Shown here: piece by piece, positions 9,540 to 17,641 of the stretch
Position numbering within the stretch: position 1 is the first letter of the stretch
Layout of the letters: each line of letters begins with the position of its first letter
Origin: Deltaproteobacteria bacterium
GTDB taxonomy: Bacteria; Desulfobacterota; Desulfuromonadia; Desulfuromonadales; Geopsychrobacteraceae
Reading direction: 5' to 3'
DNA: 40,414 bases
Assembly: GCA_009993495.1 (NCBI GenBank)
Contig: JAACTI010000249.1
Coordinates: 1 to 40,414 of the forward strand
Program-made: the position numbers and the translations under genes
The notes under the pieces: model-generated
What the model saw: the letters and a program-made list of their open reading frames with translations, nothing else
The model's database searches: none
What the model was told of the DNA's origin: nothing

Positions 9540-11306
9540 ATGCGTTTGATGGTTCATTTTGCTCGTTCTTATCCTTGGCAAACCCTGATGATGTTAGTTG
9601 CCCTGATGGCAGCAGGCATCTTTGAAGGTGTTGGACTGACGGCTCTACTCCCACTTTTGCAAATAGCTGTCGATACGAACACAGCGGCTGGTTTGACCAG
9701 CGGGTCCCGTTCCGGCGAAACCATGCTCAATGTTTTGGCGTTCATGGGGGTGCAGCCAAGCGTCGAATCACTGCTGGTGATTATTATGACCGGGGTGCTG
9801 TTGAAGAGCGCTCTGGTGCTGCTGGCCAACAAGAAGGTCGGCTATACGGTTGCCCATGTTGCCACAGATCTGCGCCTGACCCTGTTGCGTTCTTTGCTGA
9901 ATGCCCGCTGGGAATATTTTTTAAACCAGAGAGTTGGCAGCTTGGCCAATGCCGCGGCCTCAGAAGTCATGCGGGCGTCAAATGCCTACCTTTTTGGTGC
10001 CACCGCGGCGGCTTTTTTTATTCAGGCAATTGTTTACAGCCTGGTGGCCCTGACCATCAACTGGCAAGCGACATGCGCTGCTCTGGCGGCAGCTTTGCTG
10101 GTGTTGATGATGCTCAACTGGTTGGTACGGATGACAAATCGTGCCGGCAGCAAACAGACGCGGTTATTGCAATCCCTGTTGGCGCGATTGACGGACAGCC
10201 TCCATTCGGTGAAACCCCTCAAGGCGATGGGACGTGAAAATTTAGCCGATGCTTTGTTGCAAAGCGATACCCATAAACTTAACAAAGCCCTGCGCAAACA
10301 AGTTTTTTCTAAAGCCGCCCTCAAGGGTGTCCAGGAACCGATTCTGACCCTGCTCGTGGTTATTGGTCTCTATCTGTCTTTGGTGAGCTGGAAAATCGAA
10401 CTTCCCACCGTCATGGTGCTAACTTTTTTGCTGGTGCGCGTGTTGGTGCAGTTGAGTAAGGTGCAGCGCCAGTACCAAGAGATGCAAGGTTGCGAAAGCG
10501 CTTATTGGTCACTTCAAGAAAAAATTTGTGGCGCCGAAGCGGAAAAAGAAGTGTCCACCGGCACGCGCGATCTCCACTTAGAAACGCAGCTCCGCCTGGA
10601 AAATATCCATTTTTCCTACGGTGAAATTCCGATCCTTGCCGGGCTTTCGTTGGATATTCTGGCTGGAACCTTTACCGCAATCGTCGGGCCTTCCGGTGCG
10701 GGGAAGACCACGCTGGTGGACTTGGTGACGGGCCTGCTGCGCCCCCAGCAGGGCAAGGTGTTGCTCGATGGGGTGTCACTGGAGGATATCGACCTGATGA
10801 CGTGGCGGCGCCAGATCGGTTATGTTCCCCAGGACATCATGTTGTTGCATGACTCGATTCGCACCAACATTACCCTCGGGGATGACAGCCTGACGGATCA
10901 CGACGTCGAAGACGCGCTGCGTGCTGCCGGGGTCTGGGATTTTGTCAACGCCTTACCTGAAGGAATTTACAACACCGTTGGCGAGCGTGGCACCAAGATT
11001 TCCGGTGGTCAGCGCCAGCGCATTGCCATAGCCCGCGCTCTGGCGCACCGTCCACGCTTGTTGATTCTCGACGAGGCCACCAGTGCCCTGGATCCCGAAA
11101 GCGAAAGGGCCATTTGCCGCACTATGCACGAGTTGCGTGGGCAACTCACGCTCCTGTCTATTTCCCATCGGCCCGCGTTGGTGGAAGCTGCCGATCAGGT
11201 TTACCTGCTTGAAGGCGGACGTGTCGTCGAGGTCTCTTCACCCCCAAACCTGGCAGAGCCTTATGGTGAAGACCCTAAGAGGGGCATTGAGGTTCCAACG
11301 CCGTAA
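9540..11306 (+). CDS. ABC exporter, fused TMD+NBD (MsbA/PglK-like lipid or glycolipid flippase candidate)
   Basis: Hydrophobic N-terminal half; Walker A GPSGAGKT, Q-loop YVPQD, signature ISGGQRQR, Walker B LLILDEAT, H-loop ISHR. Confidence 0.88.
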   Translation: MRLMVHFARSYPWQTLMMLVALMAAGIFEGVGLTALLPLLQIAVDTNTAAGLTSGSRSGETMLNVLAFMGVQPSVESLLVIIMTGVLLKSALVLLANKKVGYTVAHVATDLRLTLLRSLLNARWEYFLNQRVGSLANAAASEVMRASNAYLFGATAAAFFIQAIVYSLVALTINWQATCAALAAALLVLMMLNWLVRMTNRAGSKQTRLLQSLLARLTDSLHSVKPLKAMGRENLADALLQSDTHKLNKALRKQVFSKAALKGVQEPILTLLVVIGLYLSLVSWKIELPTVMVLTFLLVRVLVQLSKVQRQYQEMQGCESAYWSLQEKICGAEAEKEVSTGTRDLHLETQLRLENIHFSYGEIPILAGLSLDILAGTFTAIVGPSGAGKTTLVDLVTGLLRPQQGKVLLDGVSLEDIDLMTWRRQIGYVPQDIMLLHDSIRTNITLGDDSLTDHDVEDALRAAGVWDFVNALPEGIYNTVGERGTKISGGQRQRIAIARALAHRPRLLILDEATSALDPESERAICRTMHELRGQLTLLSISHRPALVEAADQVYLLEGGRVVEVSSPPNLAEPYGEDPKRGIEVPTP

Positions 11307-11327
11307 GACGGACTTTGCACGCCGCCA

Positions 11328-12731
11328 TCAATCTTTGGCAACGATATCGAAAAGATGTTCGCTGCGCTGCCGAACGCTCAGGCGGCGGAAACGGTCGAGG
11401 GCGTCGGCAAGGCGGGCAATGCGACCCTCGATATCGGACACCGTCAATCTTGGAAAACGGTGATCATGATAGGCGCGGCGATTGGGGCCTGGCCGGTGCA
11501 TATTCAGTTGTGTCAGCGCGGCCTTGCTGCGGGCCAGAGCCTTTGCACAGAGCCGTTGGGTGAAAGGTACCGCCGGAAGGGCACCGGCGTCACTGTAGGC
11601 AGCGTCCAGCACATCGAGGATGCGTTCGCAGGCCAAGGCGCCCTGCTGTGCGGCGACATAGTGTGCAAACAAGACGTCACGCTCAGACGGAGCCTCCTCA
11701 GACGCGCTGCCGTCGAGGATGCCACCCAGCGCCGCAATCAGCTCATCGATAGTGAAGCATTCATGGCTAAGCCGGTTCGGTAGCCCCTGGAAATCATAGT
11801 CATAGGTGGGATCAAAAGTATTGAGATAGGATACCGCCGGCACACCGAGCGCGTGGCTTTCCACCGCCGTGGTGCAGCCGTTATGTACCAGAGCCTTACA
11901 GGCCAACAGCCAGGGTAAGACGTTGCCCTGGTGACTGACGTGAACCCTTTCGCAGCGCTTAGCGACCTCGTGATAGAGGGAGTGATCTTCGCTGGGGTGG
12001 GGTCGCACAACGAGGTTGATCCCCGGCAGAGCCTGCTCCAAAACCGGAATCATTGTCAGGAAGTCATTCAGAATGGATCGCTTGTGGATTTCCAACCCCG
12101 CCGCAAAGTCCCGCGGCATTCCCTTACCCGCTTGACCAAGCTGACGGGGTTTCGACGAATCCTTTGCGGGTGCGAACAGGCCGAGGGTGGGCAGGTAGGG
12201 ATTGACGTCGGTGAAGTTGGTGTTAATCAGCAAGAAGTCACCGAACTCGTCGCGAATTTCCTGCACCGCTGGGTTGAAAAACGACCGCAGCTCGGGCCTC
12301 AGCATATCTCCGCGCGGGTTCCCGGTTAGATGCATGGGCAAGTTCGGCGGCATGTGCGGATAGTTTTGCAGCAGCTCGCGGTTCTCCTCGCCCCAGGCGA
12401 ACAGATGGGAAACCTGCCGCACGGTTGCGGGTGACAACCGCAGGGAGTAAAAGACCTCTGCTGGCGGGTGAACCAGAGCCTCTTCCTCCCAGGCAATGAT
12501 GTCGTGCCCCAAGCCGCGGATGATGCGGAACATCAGGTCGCTCATGCTGCGCATGCTTTTGGCACAGTAGATGCCACGCCGAAGGCCGGCGATTGCGAAA
12601 TGCACATACGCGCGCGACCCGATCACGACCGGGTAGCCACGTTCGGCGGCGCAGCAGGATAGCAAAAGTTTGGCGTCCAACTCGCGGACCTGGCTTTCCA
12701 CCGGCAGGATCAATGTCGGAGACGTATTCAT
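11328..12731 (-). CDS. Surface carbohydrate biosynthesis protein-like (TIGR04396-type, probable GT-B-like transferase)
   Basis: N-terminal PVE.QVRELDAKLLL, EEEAL, FAWG, TGNPR.D.LRP, LINTNF, VVRPHPSE, HNGCTTAVE. Start set to ATG 12731, 16 bp after the PLD stop, rather than the track start at 12818. Confidence 0.68.
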   Translation of the reverse strand: MNTSPTLILPVESQVRELDAKLLLSCCAAERGYPVVIGSRAYVHFAIAGLRRGIYCAKSMRSMSDLMFRIIRGLGHDIIAWEEEALVHPPAEVFYSLRLSPATVRQVSHLFAWGEENRELLQNYPHMPPNLPMHLTGNPRGDMLRPELRSFFNPAVQEIRDEFGDFLLINTNFTDVNPYLPTLGLFAPAKDSSKPRQLGQAGKGMPRDFAAGLEIHKRSILNDFLTMIPVLEQALPGINLVVRPHPSEDHSLYHEVAKRCERVHVSHQGNVLPWLLACKALVHNGCTTAVESHALGVPAVSYLNTFDPTYDYDFQGLPNRLSHECFTIDELIAALGGILDGSASEEAPSERDVLFAHYVAAQQGALACERILDVLDAAYSDAGALPAVPFTQRLCAKALARSKAALTQLNMHRPGPNRRAYHDHRFPRLTVSDIEGRIARLADALDRFRRLSVRQRSEHLFDIVAKD

Positions 12732-12747
12732 ATCAATCGAGCCACCG

Positions 12748-13803
12748 TCAGTCGTGCCAATCGACGGGGCATAAAGACTCCCAGTGCCGATCAAGCTGTT
12801 CAAAAAGTGAAGTATCACGGGTGATAATACCGACCTCGTGATTCAAGTGGTAAGACGGCAGGGTCCAGTTGAAACTACCGAACGCAGTATGGTGGTGATC
12901 GGCCGTTTCTGCAAGCACGAACTTCAGGTGCATCGGCACCTTGTCCGCACCGCCAAGTCGTGCGATACGCACCCCGGCAGAGGTCAAGCGTCGTTCTACC
13001 CGAGGCGGTACCCGACGGGCTGTGTGTTCAGCCAACACCTCGACCTGAGCACCCTTGGCCGCTAATCGCGCCAGGCAGGTGACGAAAGCCGGGTTGCGGA
13101 GGTGAGAGGCGGCAAGGCGAATCCGGCTGCCGCTGCCGTAGGACTTAAACAAGCATTCAATGGGATGCGGGCCGCGACGCGGCCAGAAATGCAGCTGGGT
13201 ATCACCAAAATCTGCATCGCGCAGACTGCCGGGGGCATGCCGCCAAAATAGCCAGGGCCCATTCTGGTGCAGGTCGCGGACATGTGCGGCAAGACACGCG
13301 ACGATGTCTGGATCGTTTATCTCAACCAGAAGGTTATGGGCAATATGATGGTCCCCGATGCGGGCAAGGGCATTTGGAGACTCTTCAGGGCAGTCGCCGG
13401 AGGGGTTAAACGAGCCCATCAGCGCCACCGGTACTGGGGCCGAAAAACAGTAGATTTTTTCGTGGACTTGAGGCTTCCAAGCTAACCCGAATGGTGCTGG
13501 GATGCCGCGCATAGCGATGGTGCGCAAGCCGTCACCAAGACCGCCGGTCGCGGACAGCAGGGCGATGACCGCAGCGTTGGCCTGCGCGATGCGCGGTCGG
13601 CCTTCGAGTACAAGCCGCACATCAACCCCGCGACTCGCTGCAGCCAGGAGGTCGCGCGCCAGCGGTCGGTCACGGAAGTAATAGGTAACCCACGCGACCT
13701 GTCCCCCGGCTGGCACTGCGGCCAAGCGCCGGGTCAGTAGTTGACGTAATGCCAGCGGTCGATCAGGGCCGCCGAAATGTGCCTGGAAGCGAGGCTGGCT
13801 CAT
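12748..13803 (-). CDS. Phospholipase D superfamily protein with two degenerate HKD motifs
   Basis: YYF.D...A..L..A..RGV.V; HEKIYCFS...GSFN; HLKFVLAE...GSFNWT...NHE; no obvious signal peptide. Confidence 0.78.
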   Translation of the reverse strand: MSQPRFQAHFGGPDRPLALRQLLTRRLAAVPAGGQVAWVTYYFRDRPLARDLLAAASRGVDVRLVLEGRPRIAQANAAVIALLSATGGLGDGLRTIAMRGIPAPFGLAWKPQVHEKIYCFSAPVPVALMGSFNPSGDCPEESPNALARIGDHHIAHNLLVEINDPDIVACLAAHVRDLHQNGPWLFWRHAPGSLRDADFGDTQLHFWPRRGPHPIECLFKSYGSGSRIRLAASHLRNPAFVTCLARLAAKGAQVEVLAEHTARRVPPRVERRLTSAGVRIARLGGADKVPMHLKFVLAETADHHHTAFGSFNWTLPSYHLNHEVGIITRDTSLFEQLDRHWESLCPVDWHD

Positions 13804-14219
13804 CGACAGGTCTCAAACGTTAATAACAGGTGGTTAATTTCTGCTGGCTCGATCAGAAACGATCCCGGGTGAGCTGGCGGGAGTTGTGGTTCCGACTCTT
13901 GCACCAGGTTCGGCTATGTAACATAGGGCGCCGGGGCTGGTCAACCGGATTTCTTGAACAGCTTTTTCGGATCAGTGAACACCGAGAACTTTCTCGACGA
14001 CGCAAGACCGCAATAATTCGCGAGCGAACGGACGCATTATGTGGGAGCGGCTCTTATGCCTCTGATATTTCTCGGACCCTGTAACCCAGAGGATTTCGTA
14101 AGATGGCGCAGGGATTTTTCGTGTCAGCAAGGCATGATGATCACTGCCTTGCAGGGGCACTTTTGGCTTAGACCTCCTGGTTGATGCTGCGGGTGAAAAC
14201 AATAAACCTGTGGTGTCTT

Positions 14220-14271
14220 GGGTTCTCGCGCCGGGGCTTGTCGTGGTATAACGGGCACAGTTTTAGACACC
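14220..14271 (+). promoter_or_regulatory. Promoter-like element, copy B of a ~50-bp direct repeat
   Basis: Shares TTGTCGTGGTATAA and TTTAGACACC with 9457-9507; upstream of the TPR gene. Confidence 0.65.
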
Positions 14272-14345
14272 CGCCCCTTAACCACCTCATCTTTCGTCGC
14301 TTGCGGGTTATTTTCCTCGCCGCCCAAAACGAAGGAATCATACGC

Positions 14346-15158
14346 ATGGGAAGACCTGTGGTAACCGTCAACTTTAAACGCCGGATAGCTCTATTTCTGG
14401 GGGTGTTGCTGCTTCTGGCTGCCAGCCTTGTGCCGACGGTTAACTGCTCTGCGGTGGATTTACTTGCCGACGAACAACTCTTTGTCGAGATCGATACTCA
14501 AATGGCCACAGATCAGGTTCGGCAGGCCCTGCAAGGGCTGGCGCGCCTGCAAAATCAGTACGGAGCCCGGGTTGAAATCCTGTGGCGCATGGCCCAGGGC
14601 CACTATGAGCTGGCGCGAAAGCTTAAGGGGGAACAGCGGCAGGAACATTTTCAGCAGGCCGAAGCCTCTGCCCGCGCCGCCATTGAGCGCGACCCGGAAA
14701 ATGACGAAGGTTACAAATGGCTGGCGGTTGCTTTGGGAGCTGGGGTCAAAAATGCCGATACGCGCAGCCAAATCACGCGGTCGCGGTTGGTGAAAGAAAA
14801 TATTGAAAAAGCCTTGGCTCTTGACCCTGAAGATGACATTTCCTGGTTGATTCTCAGCCGCTGGCATTACAAAATTTCGCGTCTGGGTTTTTTGGCCCGC
14901 ACCCTGGCTAAAATTGTCTATGGTGGTTTACCTAAAGCCAGCATGGAGGCGGCGGAAAAGTCTCTGTTACGCGCCATTGCCCTGCACGATCGCATTGCCC
15001 ACCGCTATAATCTCGCCAAAGTTTACGCTCAGCAAGGTAAACACGCCCAAGCCATCGCCCAGCTCGAAAAAGCTCTGACCCTGCCCGTGAGTTTCCCGGA
15101 AGAAGCCGAAGATCTTGAAAAAGCCCACCGAAGATTGAAAGAGTGGCAAAAAAGGTAG
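14346..15158 (+). CDS. Exported TPR protein, RMDN/FAM82-like
   Basis: ATG 14346 after AAGGA; basic plus hydrophobic signal segment; TPR-like helices LWRMAQ..Y, YKWLAVALG, KENIEKALALDPED, RW.Y.I..L....R..AK..YG..P.AS.E.A. Confidence 0.72.
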   Translation: MGRPVVTVNFKRRIALFLGVLLLLAASLVPTVNCSAVDLLADEQLFVEIDTQMATDQVRQALQGLARLQNQYGARVEILWRMAQGHYELARKLKGEQRQEHFQQAEASARAAIERDPENDEGYKWLAVALGAGVKNADTRSQITRSRLVKENIEKALALDPEDDISWLILSRWHYKISRLGFLARTLAKIVYGGLPKASMEAAEKSLLRAIALHDRIAHRYNLAKVYAQQGKHAQAIAQLEKALTLPVSFPEEAEDLEKAHRRLKEWQKR

Positions 15159-15174
15159 GCTAGCGGGCGACGGT

Positions 15175-16194
15175 TCAGACCCCACATCCCAACCAGTATT
15201 CAGCCACATCCAGCATGCGGCAGGCGTAACTCCATTCGTTATCGAACCAGACCATCATTTTCAGCAAAGTGCCATCACTGACCCGGGTTTGCGTGCCATC
15301 GACAATCGCCGAACGTGAATCGGTGTTGAAATCGACGGAGGCGTGGGGTTCTTCTGTATAGCCCAGCAACCCCTGCAGGTCGCCGTTGGCCGCCTCTTGA
15401 AAAATCGCGTTCACGGTGGACACCGTTGTCGGCTGATAGAGGTTAATCGATAGATCCATCAGGGAAACGTTGATGGTCGGCACCCGCAGATGCAGACTTT
15501 CGATCTTGCCGTGCAACTGAGGCAGGAATTTGGTAATTCCCTGATGCAGGGCCGTTTCCACCGGCACCAGCGACTGCATCGCGCTGCGCGACAAGCGCAG
15601 ATTAGGGTGATGGTAGCGATCAATCACGGGCTGATCGTTCATCGCCGAATGGATGGTGGTGGTCAGGCCATTTTTGATTCCCAGATGGCGATCGAGCAAG
15701 GCCAATATGGGCACAACGCAGTTAGTGGTGCAAGAGGCGCTGGAAACAATGCGGTGTTCGGGGCGCAGACTCTGGTGGTTGTAGCCGAAGACCACCGTCG
15801 CATCAATGTCGTCTGCCCCTGGCTGCGAAAACAACAGGCGGCGCGCACCGCTGTCCAAGTGCTTGGTGGCGGTTGCCCTATCGGTATAGCTGCCGGTACA
15901 TTCCAGCAGCAAATCGATCTTCAGCTCTTCCCAGGGAAGCCGACCAGGATCGGTCTGACTCAAAATTCTGATGGGGTTTTTATCGATCATCAGCCTATCG
16001 CCCACGGCTTCAACCGCCATGGGAAAACGGCCATGGGTGGTGTCGTAGCGGGTCAAATAGACCAGGGTTTCCAGGTCGGCGAGCTCATTAATTGCCACCA
16101 CCTGTAAATTGTGTCGGCCAGGGCGGGTATAAATGGCGCGCAGCAGCGCCTGGCCAATGCGCCCATAACCGTTGATAGCTACCCGATAGGACAA
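15175..16194 (-). CDS. epd: Erythrose-4-phosphate dehydrogenase (GAPDH family)
   Basis: AINGYGRIG, SASCTTNC, the Epd-like HSAMNDQPVID in place of the GapA-type H(A/S).T.DQ, LFSQPG, WFDNEW. Confidence 0.75.
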   Translation of the reverse strand: MSYRVAINGYGRIGQALLRAIYTRPGRHNLQVVAINELADLETLVYLTRYDTTHGRFPMAVEAVGDRLMIDKNPIRILSQTDPGRLPWEELKIDLLLECTGSYTDRATATKHLDSGARRLLFSQPGADDIDATVVFGYNHQSLRPEHRIVSSASCTTNCVVPILALLDRHLGIKNGLTTTIHSAMNDQPVIDRYHHPNLRLSRSAMQSLVPVETALHQGITKFLPQLHGKIESLHLRVPTINVSLMDLSINLYQPTTVSTVNAIFQEAANGDLQGLLGYTEEPHASVDFNTDSRSAIVDGTQTRVSDGTLLKMMVWFDNEWSYACRMLDVAEYWLGCGV

Positions 16195-16213
16195 ATCTTA
16201 ACCCCTTTCGTTG

Positions 16214-17641
16214 TTATTCGATCGCAGTTGCAACCTGTGGCAGGGCTGCACCGCCCCCCAGAACCGCAAACAGGTGCACCTGATTCGTTAGCTTGGCCAG
16301 GCGCAGTGCAACCAGGCCTTGTTTGGCCGTAAAGAGTGCGCGCGCGGCATCAAGAACCCCGAGATAATTGTCCAGGCCATGCTCATAGCGCAGCTTGGCC
16401 AGGCGTTCGGCTTCAGCTGTTGCGGTCACCAGGCCCTGCTGGGCCAGGAGCTGCTGATCAATCGTGCTTTTAACCGCCAGGGCGTCGGCGACTTCGCGAA
16501 AAGCGGTCTGAATAGTTTTTTCGTACTGGGCCAGGGCAATATCACGGTCGGTTTGGCTGACCCGATGAGCGGCCCAGGTGCGGGCGTCAAAAATCGGCAG
16601 GGTGAGACTGGGAGAAAACAACCAGGTTTGACTGCCCGCGCCGAAAAGGCCCGACAGTTCGCCACTGGCGGAACCCAAGAGGCCGGTCAGAGAAATACGC
16701 GGGAAGAAGGCGGCGCGCGCCGCCCCCAGAAAGGCGTAGGCTCCTTTAAGTTGATGTTCGGCCGCGAGGATATCCGGGCGCTGCAACAGAACCTCCGAGG
16801 GCAGGCCCGCCGAAATTTCGGCGGGGGCGGCAACGCCAGCAAGATTTGCGGGTAACAGCTGTTCAGCAACCTTGCCACCGGCGAGGAGGGTCAGGGCGTT
16901 TTTGTCCTGCGCCACCAATTGGGTAAAGCGCGCCAGATCCAGACGGGCGGCTTCAAGGGGAATCTGTGCCTGACGTAAATCGAGTTCGGTGGCGTAGCCG
17001 ATGTCGAAACTTTTTTGAATCATGGCGTAGGATTGCTGACGGGTTGCCAGGGTCGCCTGGGCCAGTTGAAGATTTTCCTGGTCGGCGGCTAAGGTCAGGT
17101 AGGTTCTGGCCACTTCGGCAATGAGCGAAATTTGCCCCCCACGGCGCGCTTCTTCACTGGCGAAAAAGGCCTCCAGGGCCTGGGCTTTAAGGCTGCGGAT
17201 GCGACCGAAAAAGTCAATTTCCCAGGCGCTGACGCCAAAATTAACCGCGTAAGATTCCATCACCTGGGAACCACCGAAACTGGCGCTTTGGGCCAGGCGT
17301 TGTTTGCTGTAAGCTCCCGTCGCATCCAGGGTTGGGTACAATTCGGAACCTTGAATGCCGTAAAGACCACGGGCGCGTTCGACATTCAAGCTCGCCAGGC
17401 GCAGGTCACGGTTGGATTCCAAAGCCAGGGCCACCACCTGGCGCAGCTTGGTGTCAGCGAAAAAATTTTGCCAGTTCAATTCTGCTGCCAGAGGGGCTTG
17501 AGGCTCGACGGTCGCTACCGTGTCGGCCTGAGGCCAGGTGGTCTCAATGGGTGGCTGCGGCTGAAGATATTCGGGGGCCAGGGTACAGCCGCCCAGAACC
17601 AGCCCGGCGGTTAGCAGGAGACTTGCAAGGGGTCTCGTCAT
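16214..17641 (-). CDS. RND outer-membrane factor lipoprotein (OprM/NodT family)
   Basis: Lipobox LGGC, WEIDFFGRIRS, GLPSEVLLQRPDI.AAE, ARAAFFPRISLT, LGGG C-terminus. Confidence 0.92.
   Translation of the reverse strand: MTRPLASLLLTAGLVLGGCTLAPEYLQPQPPIETTWPQADTVATVEPQAPLAAELNWQNFFADTKLRQVVALALESNRDLRLASLNVERARGLYGIQGSELYPTLDATGAYSKQRLAQSASFGGSQVMESYAVNFGVSAWEIDFFGRIRSLKAQALEAFFASEEARRGGQISLIAEVARTYLTLAADQENLQLAQATLATRQQSYAMIQKSFDIGYATELDLRQAQIPLEAARLDLARFTQLVAQDKNALTLLAGGKVAEQLLPANLAGVAAPAEISAGLPSEVLLQRPDILAAEHQLKGAYAFLGAARAAFFPRISLTGLLGSASGELSGLFGAGSQTWLFSPSLTLPIFDARTWAAHRVSQTDRDIALAQYEKTIQTAFREVADALAVKSTIDQQLLAQQGLVTATAEAERLAKLRYEHGLDNYLGVLDAARALFTAKQGLVALRLAKLTNQVHLFAVLGGGAALPQVATAIE

Noticed and set aside
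13804-14219. Intergenic patchwork with a REP-like GTGGGAGCGGC and several short ORFs
   Set aside because: Only degenerate half-elements, with no partner arm or second copy; the ORFs lack motifs.
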